Positions 34,361 through 47,959 of a stretch of 64,000 nt of DNA are shown one piece after another. A program made the translations under genes and the position numbers. The DNA comes from Oikopleura dioica (taxonomy: Eukaryota; Animalia; Chordata): contig OU015566.1 of the NCBI GenBank assembly GCA_907165135.1, positions 9,920,001-9,984,000 of the forward strand. The letters are read 5' to 3'. How positions within the stretch are numbered: position 1 is the stretch's first letter; each line of letters opens with the position of its first letter. Below the pieces are notes generated by a model. It saw nothing but the letters and a program-made list of their open reading frames with translations. It was not told where the DNA came from and ran no database searches.

Positions 34361-34699
34361 TTAGTCGAACATCTTCATGTCAGCTCGGTTCAAGATGGCC
34401 TCTTCAATTATTTTTAGATAAAAATAGTTTGAATATAAATTACCAATGTTTCTTGCGTTTTGTCGTGCCTGATCCTTGAGATCCATAACGTGGCTTCCGG
34501 TATCTCGCATTTCCTATATGGAGTTTAATTTTTTGCAAAATTAAAAAGAATGAACCTTCTGGAGGAGGGAAAGCTGCTTGTAAGTAGAAGCGGCCTTCTG
34601 TCCGCAGATGTTGGATTCCTTTCGCATTCTAAGATCGGACTCGAACTGCTCGTCCATCTTTTTGATTATTCGCTCTCGCTCAGCCAAAGTAATGGTCAT
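34361..34699 (-). CDS. Small three-exon orphan gene (~90 aa, helical), absent from the ORF track
   Basis: MTITLAERERIIKKMDEQFESDLRMRKESNICGQKAASTYKQLSLLQK|EMRDTGSHVMDLKDQARQNARNI|EAILNRADMKMFD*, with two short in-phase GT-AG introns. Confidence 0.62.
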
Positions 34700-35117
34700 C
34701 TTCGGTGTCTATCTGATTTCTTTTAAAAAAGAAGAATTCAACTCAATTAGTTCAACTGAGGCACAAAAAAGGGATCGAGGGAAAGGGAGACAATCAGCTG
34801 TTAGAATAAGAGACAGGAAGAATCAGCTGTACTTGTGTTGAAATGAAACCACTTTGAGGGATAAGGCACGAAGTAACACGGTTGCAAAGGCGTTGATTTA
34901 TAACCTGTCGATGGATGGGCTCATTTACAGGAAGTCACCTGCGATCGACTAAGGTGTCAAGGACGAAAACATAATTTTTGCTATATTCTTGCTTTTTCCT
35001 GCTTTTTTCTTGAGATAAATTCATAAGTATTATGATGGAATTTATTGTTTTTCCGAGTTTTCAGAATATATACTTGTGATAGTGGCAAATAATTACGATG
35101 GTATACATTTAAGTTGT

Positions 35118-38100
35118 TTAAGCTTCGCAGACGGCCTGGACGGGCTTGGCATCCCAGTAGTGCCAGTTGACACCGAGTTGTCGCCAGGTTCGCTCAAGGT
35201 ATTGTCCACCGAAGGCGTTGTCAAGAGCGTTACACTCATCAACGAAGGTCTCTTCGAAGGCGAATTCAGCGGACTCGGCAATGGTGTTGACGGTGGTTCG
35301 ACCAGCGTTGTTGAATTCCTGGACGGTGCCTTCTGGGAAAGTACCATCTCGGAAGAACTGACCGAAAGTCTGTCGCATGACTTGCTTGAGGTTCTGGATC
35401 TCAGCAGTGGCGAGCCATTCGTCGGTCTTCTTCTGGTCATCAGTGTACTGTCCTTCGAGTCGTGGGACAACGAAGTTCTGGTTGTACATGAAGTGAGCTT
35501 CAGTGCAGTGGCAAGTCTTGGTGAAGACTCCGTTCTCGTCTGGGGCGCAGTTTCGGGCATTGAATTGGGTAATGTAGATTGGACCGAAGTCATCATCACC
35601 CTAAAATTATTTGTTAAAATAACGTCAAGAAAATTTTAAATATGAGTTTAATCAACAATTTAAAAATGAATCAACTTACTCGAAGGGCATCAAGAGCAGC
35701 TCGGGTGTTGCAAGTCCATCCGTAAGAAGTAAGGAATCGATCGTACTGGACGTTGCACTCCTTGGTCTCACCATCATCAGCGCATCCGAAAACTTCCTTG
35801 ACACCATCGGCTTCAGGGCCAAAGATCTCTTCGAGGATTCGGTCAGAAAAGTTGGATGGAACAACGAAGCCCTTGGCTTCAGCGGCTTCGACAGCTTCGA
35901 TTTCTCTCCAGAGGAACTTGTTCTTGTGGGTGAAGAAAGAGAGATGGTTGAATTCCCATTGGTCGTGATCGTTGTAAGACCAGGAGATAGGAGTGTGCTT
36001 CTTGATCTTCTTGCTGGAGACAAGAGTGAAAAGATCGTCAACGATCATCTTGCCATCGATAACTGGGGCGAATCCGGGTTCGAGAGTGATCTTGGAGGAA
36101 GAGTGTCGGGCGGTACCAGCGGCCTTGTTGGCAGCATCTCGGATTTCTTCTCGGGAGTACTGTCGGAGGCAGTCGATGGTGTCACATCCCTGGAATTTGA
36201 GGACGAGCTTGGTGGTATCCTCACCGACTTGAGTGCTGACGGCGTTGTTGACACCCATGCACATAACATTGACCTTGTTGTAGAATGGCCAGGACTCTTC
36301 GAGGACTGTGTGCCACCAGACTGCTTCACCAGCAGAGGAGGAACCAGAAAGAACGGCTTCAGCTGGGTTACCACCGAAGATTGGAGCGTATTTCTGAGCC
36401 CATTTCATAGCACCCTGCTGATCCTGGAGACCGAAGTTGGATCGGTATTTCTGGCCATCTTCAATTTCTGGGAGGAGGAGGTAAGCGAACATACCAAGTC
36501 GGTAAGCAACAGAGACAACCATAACGTTCTGTTCAGTGACCATATCGTAAGCGTCATATCGGTTGAAACCGTGGTTTCCTCCGCCACCGTGGAGGTAGTA
36601 GACGATTGGAACACCTTCAGAGTTGGCGAGAGCGTCCTTCTTGACAGCGATGTTGACAGTAAGACAATCTTCCTGGGAGATTTCTTGTTGGACACCGTAG
36701 CATCGGTGGCAAGCGCACATGTTACCCCATTCAGTAGCGTCAACGGCTTCGTTTTCGTACTTGATGAGGACTGGAGACTTCCATCGGAGAGCACCTTCTG
36801 GGGCCTCAGCGTATCGGATACCTCGGCAATCGACAACGTCATCTCGGTCAAGGCAAGTGAACGTGACGCCGAGGTTCGTCTCGACATCGCAAGTTTCACC
36901 ATTGCAAGAGAAGGATTTGAGCTCAAAGTCAGAAGCTGGGAGTTCGGCGTTGAGGTAATCGAAGTAGGTCTTTTCTTCTTCGACAACAACTTCTTCAGCC
37001 TCTTCGGCTTCGAGGAGAGAGGCAGCAAGAACGGCTTTGGCAGCAGCCTTGGCGGCTTCGAGGGCCTGTTTGGCTTCAAGAGCGGCGAGTTCGGCTTCGG
37101 CTTCTTCAGAACCACCGAATTGACCCTTGGAGGCACCGGTAATCTGGAATCCATCGGCAACATTGTCCTTGTCAAGAGCTGGACCACCTTGGGAAGTGGC
37201 GACAATGTAGTCGTTTTCGACGCAATCGTCATAGTGGAATTGATCAAGAGCTCGGCACTCATCGACGTAGGTCTTCTCCTGAGCCCATTCGTAACCGTTG
37301 GCTGGGCTAATGACGTTGTAGGTTTCGTGTTGATCATCATCGATGTCGGACCACTTTTCGATGGTTCCGGCTGGGAACTCACCGGTTCGGAAGTATTCAC
37401 CCCATGCGGATCGCATTCTGTCGACAAGCCAGACGGACTCCTTGGCGGACATATCGTAGTAAAGTCGACCGAGGTTATCGTCAATGACCTTAATGAATGG
37501 CTTAGCTTATTGTTTTTCCTGATGTAGATTTAATTTGAGTAAAAACTGTGCTTACCTTAAGGTTGTAGTCACCATAGACGAATGGACCTTCACCGGTGTG
37601 GCAGGTCTTTCGGTAGTCACCGGTAACTGGATCGGGATCACAGTTCTTGGCGGAGAATTGTGTGACGTAAAGGGGACCGAGTTCAGGGAAGTTCTCTGGG
37701 TCAGAGAGGGCACCCTTAAGACCCCATCGTGTGTTGCAAACCCAGTTCATTGAGTTGACCCATCGAGAGAAGATGTCGTTGCAGTCCTCACCGTTGTCTT
37801 CGCAGAAGAAGTTCTCTTTGATGACGGAAATATCATCGTAGTTGGCGTAGAATCGCTCAATGAGAGTGTTTCCGAATGGGTATGGGACCTTGTGTCCAGT
37901 GGAGGCCTTGGCAGCAGAAATGTCTCCAAGTTGATCAGTCATGAACTTGTACATAGAGTTAGCAAAGGCAAGATGGTTGAAGGCCCAGTTATCGTGCTCG
38001 GAGTAAGACCAGGCGATGGGAGTGTGTGGTCGAACGTTACCGTCTCGAACGTCAAACATGAGCTGTTGTCGACCGAATCGACCATCGACGACCATACCGA

Positions 38101-40095
38101 AACCCGGTTCGAGGGTGATCTTGGTTGGATGTCGAGCACCGTAGGCAGCAGCGTCACCAGCGTGAGCAAGATCATCGTGCTCCTGGGCTCGCATGCAAGG
38201 AGTGTCAGAGCAGTTGAGCTCGCCGTAGACAACATCTCGGAGCTTGGGGGTGTGGTCGAGTGGGTACTCAGTGTTAAGACCCATGTTCATCATGTTGACT
38301 CGCTTGAAGTATGGCCAAGCGCATGGGACGGTAAGGAGACGCCAGACGATTTCGGCACCGGAAGATCGGGCAGAGAAGGAAGCGTTCTCTGGATCAGCAC
38401 CGAAGATTGGACCGTAGGTCTGGGAGAAGGCCATGGCGGCAACTGGATCCTGGAGACCCCAGTTGGTCTGGAAATTCTGGCCCTGTTCGATCTCTGGGAG
38501 TGTGTAGAAACCGAAGATACCGAATCGGTAACCGATGTTGAAGATAGCAACCTGCTCCTTCTTGATCAAGTCAGATGATCGCCATCGGTTGTTACCGTGG
38601 TTGAAACCACCACCGTGGACGACGTAGATGATTGGGACGAGTCGGCCTTCTTCAAGAGCATCTCGTGGGACGGAGATGTTGATGTTCAAGCAATCCTCGG
38701 AGGTTCCGTCAGCATGATGGTGCTGGGCGCAAGCGTCACCGAAGTCAGAGAAGTCATAGGTCTTTCCTTCGAAGTTGAGCTTGACCAAAGGCTGGGTCCA
38801 TCGCATCTCGTGGAGTGGTGGAATAGCGTATGGGACACCTCGGAAGTCAACAACACCGTCTCGGTCCTGACCGATGAAGACAGTACCGTCGGAGAGGGTA
38901 AGGGTGGCCTGGCCATTCTCGTCGATGCAGAAACCAGTTCGCCTCAAGTTCTCTGGAGCGTGGAGAAGGTTCTCATCAACAAGGTTGCTATCGTAGGTCA
39001 TTTCTGGAAGACCGTGGTTGGGGAAGTCATTGATCCAATCAATGCATTCGCCAGACTCATCGGGCTGCTGGACGTTGACGTGCTCGGCGCAACCAGTTGG
39101 AGTGTAGTTGTAACCCTCAGCATCGGCATCGGAGCAAGTCTCGGTCTGGATCTGGCAATTGTCCTCACCGTTGACGCAAAGTTTGACGTCACAGGTGACC
39201 TGAACTTCCTGGGAGTTGACGCTAGCATCGCTAGAGAAGGAGTTGAAGGTGAATCCAGCCTTCTTGGACTGAAGGTATTCGTGGACAGGTCCAGTCTTGG
39301 TGACTCCGAGGGCGTTGGAGTAGCAGTTGTCCTTGATGATCTGAGCAGAAACAGCTCGAGCACCACCGAGGTTAACAGAGCAGTCGGAGACGTAGAACTG
39401 GACGAGGTCCTGGTCAGCGCTCCATTCAACATCAGCCCAGACACGCGCACCGATGTAAGCGAGACCGTCGATGGGAGAGGTTCGGGACTGGTCGGAGAAA
39501 AGGTTGAGGGAAAAGGCGGAGGAGAGATCACCGTGGGCGGAGAGCTCGCCATCGGCGACAGCGCTGACAACGTTGTAATCCTTGCTCGAGACGCTGACGG
39601 TGGAGTCGTATGTGCATGAAGCGGAAAGGGAGGCAGATTTGGCGGTGTTGTAAAGCTCAATGTCTCCAACGGAGGCGAACGAGGAGTCACTGTCGACGGT
39701 GAGTTCGAGATTGAAGTTGATGTCTCCGTCGGCGTTGGAGGCGGCAGACATACCGCAATCACCCAAGTTGCATTGGACGCAGTATTGGCCATCTTCGAAC
39801 TTAGCGTTGGGGAAGAGAGGCGGAGTTCTCGTCGATACCGAAGTAGTCGGCAGAGAATTTTACTTCCATCGAGTCAGCAGAGCAGCTGATGGAGGCGCAT
39901 CCTTCTTTAAGGTTGCAAGTACCGGAAGCTTCATCGAAGCTCCAGCACTCGGAGGAGGGGCATGGGTTGGCAGCTTAATGTTAATTAGAGCTCTGTTGAA
40001 TGATTCAAGGGGGTGAAATTTTCTCTTGGGGATTTTTTTTCTCTCGACTTACCTGAAGATTTGGCCAAAGCCAAAACACTTGGGAGGACCTTCAT
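35118..40095 (-). CDS. Secreted oikosin-like protein: Cys-rich/ZP-like domain + two tandem carboxylesterase (alpha/beta hydrolase) domains; one frameshift at ~39810
   Basis: Signal MKVLPSVLALAKSS, then ANPCPSSECWSFD...C. ZP-like segment (SASCTY...VQFYVSDCSV...VTCDVKLC). Two COesterase domains: FRGVPYA/CRGIRYA, EDCL, HGGG, GIFGF/GMFAY, and terminal His motifs KTCHTGE/KTCHCTE. Strong C-ending codon bias. Confidence 0.85.
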
Positions 40096-40147
40096 TCTGA
40101 GGGCCCGGTCTTACCAGAAGACTGATTTTTTGCTCCTCCACCATTGC

Positions 40148-40154
40148 TTATATA
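40148..40154 (-). promoter_or_regulatory. TATA box of the ZP-esterase gene
   Basis: TATATAA on the minus strand ~55 bp upstream of ATG 40095. Confidence 0.55.
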
Positions 40155-41040
40155 GGACGCTGGAGGCCGTTGGTGGTGCCATCTCAAAGAATTACTAGAC
40201 CCCAAGATTGTGGTGTATGATGTTTCGGACTCCAGTAGGCAAAAAATAGACAGGGGTCAGCGAAATATCGGATTTTTTGCAGCAGAAGATTTCGCAATCG
40301 AGTAATTGAGGTCTCTCATGGACAAATATTGGTTCCATAATGTTGATAAACAAGCGGTTTTCCGGATATTCGTTGACCTAGATAGAGCGCGTACCGAAGA
40401 AATGGCTGAAAAGTAGGGCAGGGATCGCCGCGGGCAAGAAAATGGTGAGAGTCGCGAGGTTTGCTTACGATTTCTGTGTGGTGTTCGCTTGAATTTTCTT
40501 AGCTGGAAAACTACATCCTAGGTAAAAGTTTGCATACAGTATTAGGTAAGTTTTTGCCAGCATTGAATAATTTCTATTTCAAAAAGACTCTTTTTTAGAC
40601 ACTCGCATAATAATAAAATCTCTGTAAGAAATCGGAGTTTCAAAGGTTTTTCATGAAGTAGGTACAGCACTTGAAGCTAGTAAATAGCGAAGATCAGCAA
40701 AGTTCTAAGGTGACTTTTGATGAAGTTAGAAATTTGACGGTAAAACATCAAATTTTTGGCCAAATCGAATAATTTTTAGTCGTAAACAACAATTTAACCC
40801 AGTTTTGGCGATGCAAACAACGGACCTGTCTAATTTCTTGATTTGTTTCGTCCTAATCAAGTCGCGCTGCATGTCGCGTTTGGCCCACGTGAATGCGATA
40901 AAGCCCGTTTTCCCGGACTCCAGTCGGTTTTTTCTCCGTGTGACCCACAAAGAGTCGTCATGCTTTCCTGCTGGGTCAATTAGCCGTATTAGCTCGGTTT
41001 CTTGGACGTTCTCCAGGATGAAGATTCTTATAGAAAAAGC

Positions 41041-43896
41041 ATGAGAAACACGATAAAACATTTTATTTATATATTTTCTATCGGAGCATTACTAACAGCT
41101 ACTGGAGGATCAGTAACGCTAGAATGCCCAGGAGAGCTATCAGAGGGTCAGCGAGTTGTCTGGCTGCAAAACGGACTCGAAATAACGGATGGTATTGGCA
41201 AAGTAAACCCAAGAAACAAGGATTGAAACAGATTGATTGAGCAAGAATCTAAATAAAGTCTTCATCCAAAAATAGCACAGGCGAGCTGGTCTTATCCTCT
41301 GATGAAACCACAATCAAAGTCGACGAGTTTAGCTGCGAAACCAAAACGAACAAGCGACCAGGTAAGCAAATAACAAATTGCAATCATAAATCGAGCCACG
41401 TGCTGTGGCATGTTTGAAAATTTTCACATGATGCTCGCCCTCGTGGTACCTAAGAGTCTTAGAGTACTAGACAGAAACAAGAACTAACGAGTTTAAAGTG
41501 ATACACCACCATCGAACGGCGAACATCGAGCCCACGCTTCAGCTAGAAGTGGAGGAAGCAACGCCAGGTATGGAAACTAGGACTGCTGCTGTCTAATTTT
41601 AACCCCCTAGAGCTCGATTATGAAACGCAGGACTACAACATTGCCAATTGTATTCTCAATTCCTCTTCTCTCGACGATGCCGACTCCTTGAACTACTCGA
41701 TTGAAAGTTCATCCTTTTTACAGCTTGAATCTAGGTACTTGAGTACAGGAGAACAGAAACTAGTTACGTAATACCTCGGTAACGCGGGCGCTAAAATTTA
41801 GACACGCCGGAATTAGACTTGCAGTTTAAAATTTCTGTATTCAGATGGAAGCTGGCGAATAACAGAAACAAAGATGGATCAAAAACTCAGAAAATCATGA
41901 TATTTGCAAAACCATCCTTCAATCAAATGTTCGCAAACGTTACCTGTCAGGCAGGGTCACTACACAGTTGAACCAGGTCTTCGGTTCGCCATCGGTTGAC
42001 CCAGAAAAACAGGCAATCGTAAAGGGTGAAGAAATAAGTTCCAGCAAATTGATAAAGATGGCGATGCCACCGACGATTGAAATGGAAATCAGTGCTAACA
42101 AGCTTCTGTGTACCTCCAGTCTTGATTTTTTAAATAGACTTCTTCCGATAAAACATTAATTTTGCTTTCTTGCTTTTTCCGTGAGCGTTTTCGGAACTGC
42201 TTATTATGAAATCAAACAGACGTTGCCCAACGAGCTCGTTCCTTCGAATAAAAATCTTCTGAAAAGAGGCTATCCTGATTCAACACTAGTCTATTTCGAT
42301 GCAAACGGTACCGAGCTATCTAACGAGTCCGACTCTAATTCTGGCGTCAATATCACCACTTCTGGCACGTATGAATGCTCTGGTCTGTAATTTATTAAAA
42401 CAAATTTGTGATTGCTTGTTTTCAGCATTCAATGCGGTTGGAATGGATTCAAAGGCGATTAAAATCTCATCCGGTGGCCTTGGTTTAACAAAAGAAAATG
42501 TCCACGTGATGAAGCCTACAAAGAAACTGATCTTGGAAGCATCCAGCGTTTTCGACTATCCATTACAGGTGAAAGAACTCATTAATAATCAAAGTATCAA
42601 AGTGAAATTCGAGGTTAACTGGCGACATAATCTTGATTATCTTCCGCGAACACTGCATCAAGAAGAAATTGAACTTTTGCCAGATGGAAGAGTTAAGACG
42701 ACGTCTAAACTTCGAGTCTCATCTGACGATAATTTGACGCTGAAAGAAGGAGGGCTGTACGAGGCTGAGTTCATTATCGGTAAAGTTACCGTCTATTTTT
42801 CACATTTCTGTTTTTGAACAGCTCAAAAAGGATAGTTCATGGTGTCTATTTTAGGCTTGAATGGATCGCACTACATCTCAAACCAGCGATTTGATGTCAA
42901 AGTCGAGGTTCCACCGAAAAGGGAAAATATCAAAATCGGTAAGTAAAACCGGTGAGTCAAACCGATTTCGAAATAGCTCTTGGTCTTTTTTTCTCCGGCA
43001 AAAAACAGACAGAGAATCGCAATTTAAAATTTAGAAGCGAGCCCGTCAGTCGGTCAAATCGCTCGAGGCGAAAACGTGAAAGTCTCTTGTCGATATGAAT
43101 TTGACGAGGATCATCTGATTCAGGTAGCGGATCAACAGTACCAAGAAATTCTTTATTATCGGTTTGTACATCTAGCCATCAACACACCTAAACGATGGAG
43201 AAGAAGATCTTGTCATTGAAAAACTGGAAAGCCCGGTTGAAATTACTTGTTTGGCGAAGAATACAGCAGGAAAAGCATCAGCCAAGATGATTCTCATCCC
43301 AAACTCTCCACCAGAAATCACGTCTCTTGACTTTGATACAAACAAGAATATTGTTTGCAATGCAACTGGCTTTCCAGAGCCAACAGTAACGATTCAACTT
43401 CCAAATGGAACATCAAGGTTGTTAATTATTTCTTTCATCAAGTACCTAGGCAGTTTATAGAAACGAAAACACTATCGCTAAGTCCAAAACATCAAGCGGA
43501 ATTTATCGCTGCACCGCTTCGAACCTGCTTGGACAAGCATCCGTCATTCGTCAAATTGATCCCTTCGACGCTGCCGCCATAGCACTTGTCGTCTCCGCTA
43601 CTGCAGCCTTTGTTCTATTAATTGTGCTTCTGTCACATAAGCTTTCTCCGATCAAAATGCCCGGCGCGAGGTGCGGTACGATGGACATTCCACAGGAACA
43701 TCGTCCGAGCGAAAGTTACAGGCAGCGTCGGAGCGCTGAACCCATCGCTCATCAAGTACCTATTGCTGAATAACTTCATTTCCACATTTCCGAATTCAGA
43801 TTCCTCAGAAATACATCATCAGCAGCAGCTCGTCAGGCTCGTCCGATCCAGACTCACCCCAAGTTGTCGTTCTTCAACCACCATCATTCTGATTAA
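41041..43896 (+). CDS. Immunoglobulin-superfamily type I membrane protein (about 4-5 Ig domains; cell-adhesion type)
   Basis: Signal peptide. VTLECPG...VVWLQNG, ANVTCQAG, SGTYEC, IVCNATGFPEPTVT and GIYRCTASNLLG motifs. TM AAAIALVVSATAAFVLLIVLL. Last in-phase exon ends HHHSD* at 43896. Confidence 0.8.
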
Positions 43897-43929
43897 TCTA
43901 CGAGCTTCTGTAAATAACCAAATAAAGAA

Positions 43930-45375
43930 TATTCGAGTTCAGAATATAATTTGCCCGGGACAAGACTCGAGACTTGATCAAAATGAGCTGTCACAGAAGC
44001 TAGTGTTTGATAAAGTGCTCCCGACGGGGCCTTGGGCACGCGCCACATTGTGTGCCTGGTTTTGAAATCAAGATTGCCTAATTAGCAAGAAAGCTTTATC
44101 AAAATGCGGCAGAGGGGCAAACCTCGACTGGGGAGCGCCATCAGGCCCGTTTTTTATGTTTCTCATTTTGGGCCATCATCTCGCTCTTTCTCAGCGCTAA
44201 TTATCCAAAAATACAAGATTGCTACCACCGATTCTTCCCTTACGATTGTTCCCAGGACAAAGCCACTCAGTGACGAAAAGAGAGCAAGAAAGACGGAGAA
44301 GCTGGCGAAGGTCCTTGAGAAGATAAAGAGATTGCTAGAATTAGTGAATGAGAAGATCAAAGAGAGAAATTGCGTGAAGAAATTCAAGAATCCATGTCTT
44401 GCGAAGAAAATGCCCTCGGATCGCTCCCGGGTTGTCATGCACTGCGGTGAAGTTTTTAAACACTGATTTTGATTAAGAGCCAATTATAATTATATAAATC
44501 AAGATTTTCATTTGAGCCTCTTCCTTGATTGCAAAAAATGATCTTAGACAGTATAAATCATGGGTGTTTTGATGCTCGATTGGATATAAAAATATGGCAG
44601 TGAATTGTTGACTATATTCGGCTCTCGTCAGATTGCAGTAAATTCGAGTGACCGCAAAGGTTGAGCTCAATTTGCAGCGTCGGCAACATGCTGAAATCAT
44701 GTCTTCACCGCACTTACAGTGGCATTTTTGTGCTAAGTGGAGTCACATTCACGTTCCTTTTACCTTTAGGAAGGCTTGAGAGATAATAACGGGAAAAGAA
44801 AGAGAGTTGAAGAGGCTGTTCAAGTGCCCTTTTGATAAAAATAAATAAGTAAATCAGACTCCATAGGCCTTTGGAACATCCTCGAATAGGAACCAAGCGG
44901 TTAATTACCAGCAACAAGTAGCCATTAATAATTTATTCTACCGGACCTTTTCTTGAACCAATTATTCTAGCCAAAAGCTCAAAAACATAAGTATAAGTTT
45001 AAGAATTAAGAGATTTAAACATTTCTCAAGCTGATAAAAGTCAGAAAAGTAGACATGACTTCGAATTTTCTTCTGGCTTCCATGCAAGGTTTGAACTTTT
45101 GAAAATTCTAGAGACGATTCCCTTTCTTTAGTTTTTGGGCCGGTTTTCCTTGCAGGAGGAATTCTTATGCTGGTTTACGGAATGTGCGGAACGCCGCAGT
45201 ACAAGATGAAAGTTTGGATTTCGGAGTTCAATCGACTTACAGGTACAAATAGGAAATGTTTCTCCGGGTACAGAGTTTTTCAGAGAAAGAAAAAGACTCG
45301 GAGGAAGACGAAGAAGAATCCGACTGTGATCAAGACCTTGAAAACCCTGCCAGTTTGCACTCGACGCGTTTCTAA
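43930..45375 (+). CDS. Possible uncharacterised multi-exon gene with charged/coiled segment and acidic tail (exon structure unresolved)
   Basis: ORF 44104-44466 (EKRARKTEKLAKVLEKIKRLL). Exon GILMLVYGMCG...NRLT splices in phase to EKEKDSEEDEEESDCDQ...TRF* (45375). Intermediate exons were not resolved. Confidence 0.3.
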
Positions 45376-45479
45376 GGCGCCCGAGAGCGTCCCTATTCTT
45401 TGCTCTCTGTTTATTTACTTCTGTAGATATAGACTTTACTTATAAATAATAGAAATAATAGCATACAAATTAAAGGAGA

Positions 45480-47486
45480 CTAGCTTGAATCGCAGCAGCC
45501 GGCTGTTGTCGCGATGATCCAATCAAGATAATAGGCCACGTTAGTATAGACAGCAGGCTGAACATCGGAGATAATGGTATTGCAACTTGTGCCGCCAACG
45601 GAGGTGATGCCGAAAATCGTCCATGTTTTGTCCTAGATACGTAGAAGTGAGTAAAATCTGGCTTATTGTTAGTCATGAAACATACCTTGCTGGTGGTGTA
45701 ACTTGAATATGAAAGCGAATCTTTTGCCCTAAAATGTTCCATATTGAAATTTTGAAATATTTTGATTAACTTACCTATATCCAAGAACAGGTCCGCCACT
45801 ATCTCCAACGCAAGTGTCGTGTCCATAACTTCCCCCGCCACAGATAAGGCCTCTTCCACTATCAGGGAATCCATCGACTTTTCTTCTGCAGCTATTTTCA
45901 TCGACGATTTGAACTCCTACTTGCTTGAGTTTATGATTGCTAGGTCCTCGATTTTTGGTTATTCCCCAGCCGATCGCCCAGCCAGCTTCGTTTGGATTTG
46001 GAACATCGTCACGAGCTGTCGGGAGACAAACCGGCTTGACGTAGTCGTTGATTTCCATCTCGTTCCGAAATTTTACAATGCCAATGTCATGCTTCATCAC
46101 TCCTTTGCCAACGTATTCGAAGTCGGGATGGGTGATCATGAATTCAATGCCGTCGCCTGTTACCACTTTACGATGCTTGTCGAATTTCTCCGAATCTTCG
46201 TCGTTGCCGAAATATCTCCCGAAGAAAAATCGGTAATTTCGAGTGTCAAAGTCCAGTCGACCGACAGGTTTGAGGGTTTGGTCCGCAAAGCAGTGAGCAG
46301 CTTAATAATTATAAACTTGTTTGACGAGCAATAAAAAATATTCTACCTGTGAGCACGAATTTCGAGCAGATCATCGTCGCCCCACAGACAAAACTCCTCA
46401 CTCCCTCCTGCTTTTTCATCATCACCGCCCAGGGATGTCCATACATCGGCGACCAAGATCCTCCAACGATCTTCTTTATTCGCCACGCTTTTTGCTCCCC
46501 ACATTCTGACGGAAAACACGCCTCTGGTAAAGGGGGTGGTTCCTGCCCGCCATCGCAAGCCTCGTTCATCTCCATATCAACTTTGCAGGATATCGAGCAG
46601 AAGATGGTCAAACATGAGGTTTTGAAGATAATTTCGCCTGGGTCGTAAAGTTTTCCTTGGTTGACACAGCAGACCATTGTCGTCGAATTGCTCTCGAGAT
46701 CTTTATTGGATGAAAATTGGAATTCTTTTTCATGAAAAAATGAATTTTCAAATCCAATCCTGGAATAAGAGGTTTTTCCTTCTTCTGATTGGTTTCGGAA
46801 TCGGTTTTTGTCGGGACCGTTATTTGAAAGTCATTATGCGAACAAGGAGGACCCACGCATAATTCCGCTTTCTTATCAGGTCCTTTGCAAAAGTTCCTGT
46901 TTACCGGTGAGTTGCCATATTTTGTGTAGGCCGTGCACGTTCTTCTCCTTATTTTAACCCCGACTCCGTTGCAATCAGCTGTGCAAACTGAGTCGAGCCA
47001 ATCTGCCCAGGCATATCCGACGATCAACGGGTTCTTTATCTCCGCTGGTTTTGAAGAAACAATTGAAGAGTAATAATAAGGAGATCTAACGATTGCTTTT
47101 GGTCTATTGATCGGATTTTGCGTTGTCGGAGGAACATACGCTGCTGGCTCGTAGCAGGGTGGTCGATCGGAAACAGGAAACCAGCAACATCCCATTTCGA
47201 CACATGAATCTTCATTTTCTGCATCACAGGCGGTGACATTTCGATGTGGGATGTCACAGTAAGAAGCACATCCCGACTTGACCTGAGGAAGTCTTCTGTA
47301 GCACTCTCCTGTTTCTTCGTCAATGCAACAGTGAAGTCTGCCACACATCTCCAAGTTCCTATTCAGCGATCCAGGAAGGCATGATTTTCTCTCCTCTTTA
47401 TACTGTAACAAACATTCCATTTCACATTTTCTCGCTGTAACTCGAGCATTTTCTGAACCAAGAAAAAGGAGCAAAGAAAAACGCAT
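45480..47486 (-). CDS. Secreted mosaic trypsin-like serine protease (trefoil-like x2, TSP1, VWC-like, S1 domain)
   Basis: Signal MRFSLLLFLG. CVEMGCCWFP...PPCY (trefoil-like), WADWLDSVCTADC...RRRTC (TSP1), activation site KKIVGG, triad TAAHC / HDIG / GDSGGP, Asp189 (DTC), ending VYTNVAYYLDWI...*. Confidence 0.9.
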
Positions 47487-47959
47487 AAACTTTCTTTTTC
47501 TTGTGTGAAAATAGAATTGACTGGAACAGCGAATGGAAAGCGCTGGATATTTTTAGAATTAACACGGCCAGATTGCCTTGTAAATTCATTTCCACCGCGC
47601 GGTTCCGTTCCTGGGAACGGTACTGATCTTATTAGCTGCAATAATCTCCGCGCTTGTCCTTTTTTATCACCAGTGAAAAATTTTCACGCGTTTCCTTTTT
47701 TATCTTCGAAAAACAATCAGTTTTTGAAAAGGGCCATTATTTTCAATGAATCTGCAAATTTGGTGCAATTTGGGAAAAAAACTTAAAGATAAATAAGTTC
47801 ATTTTTATTTGCAAATCGATTCATCCGTTCGTGGGAATAATGTGCCGCTATCAAGTATTTGAGAAATGAAATGAATATTGTTTTTATGATGCAGTAAAGG
47901 GCAAATGTTAGCCTTCTTCTTAGTCGGCGCTTGAAGTGAGAATAGAAGTTAAATATGAA

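Noticed and set aside
35926-39619. Long + strand ORFs (533 aa, 340 aa, 228 aa) and other off-frame ORFs here
   Set aside because: Antisense/alternate-frame shadows of the strongly codon-biased ZP-esterase gene; no independent motifs.
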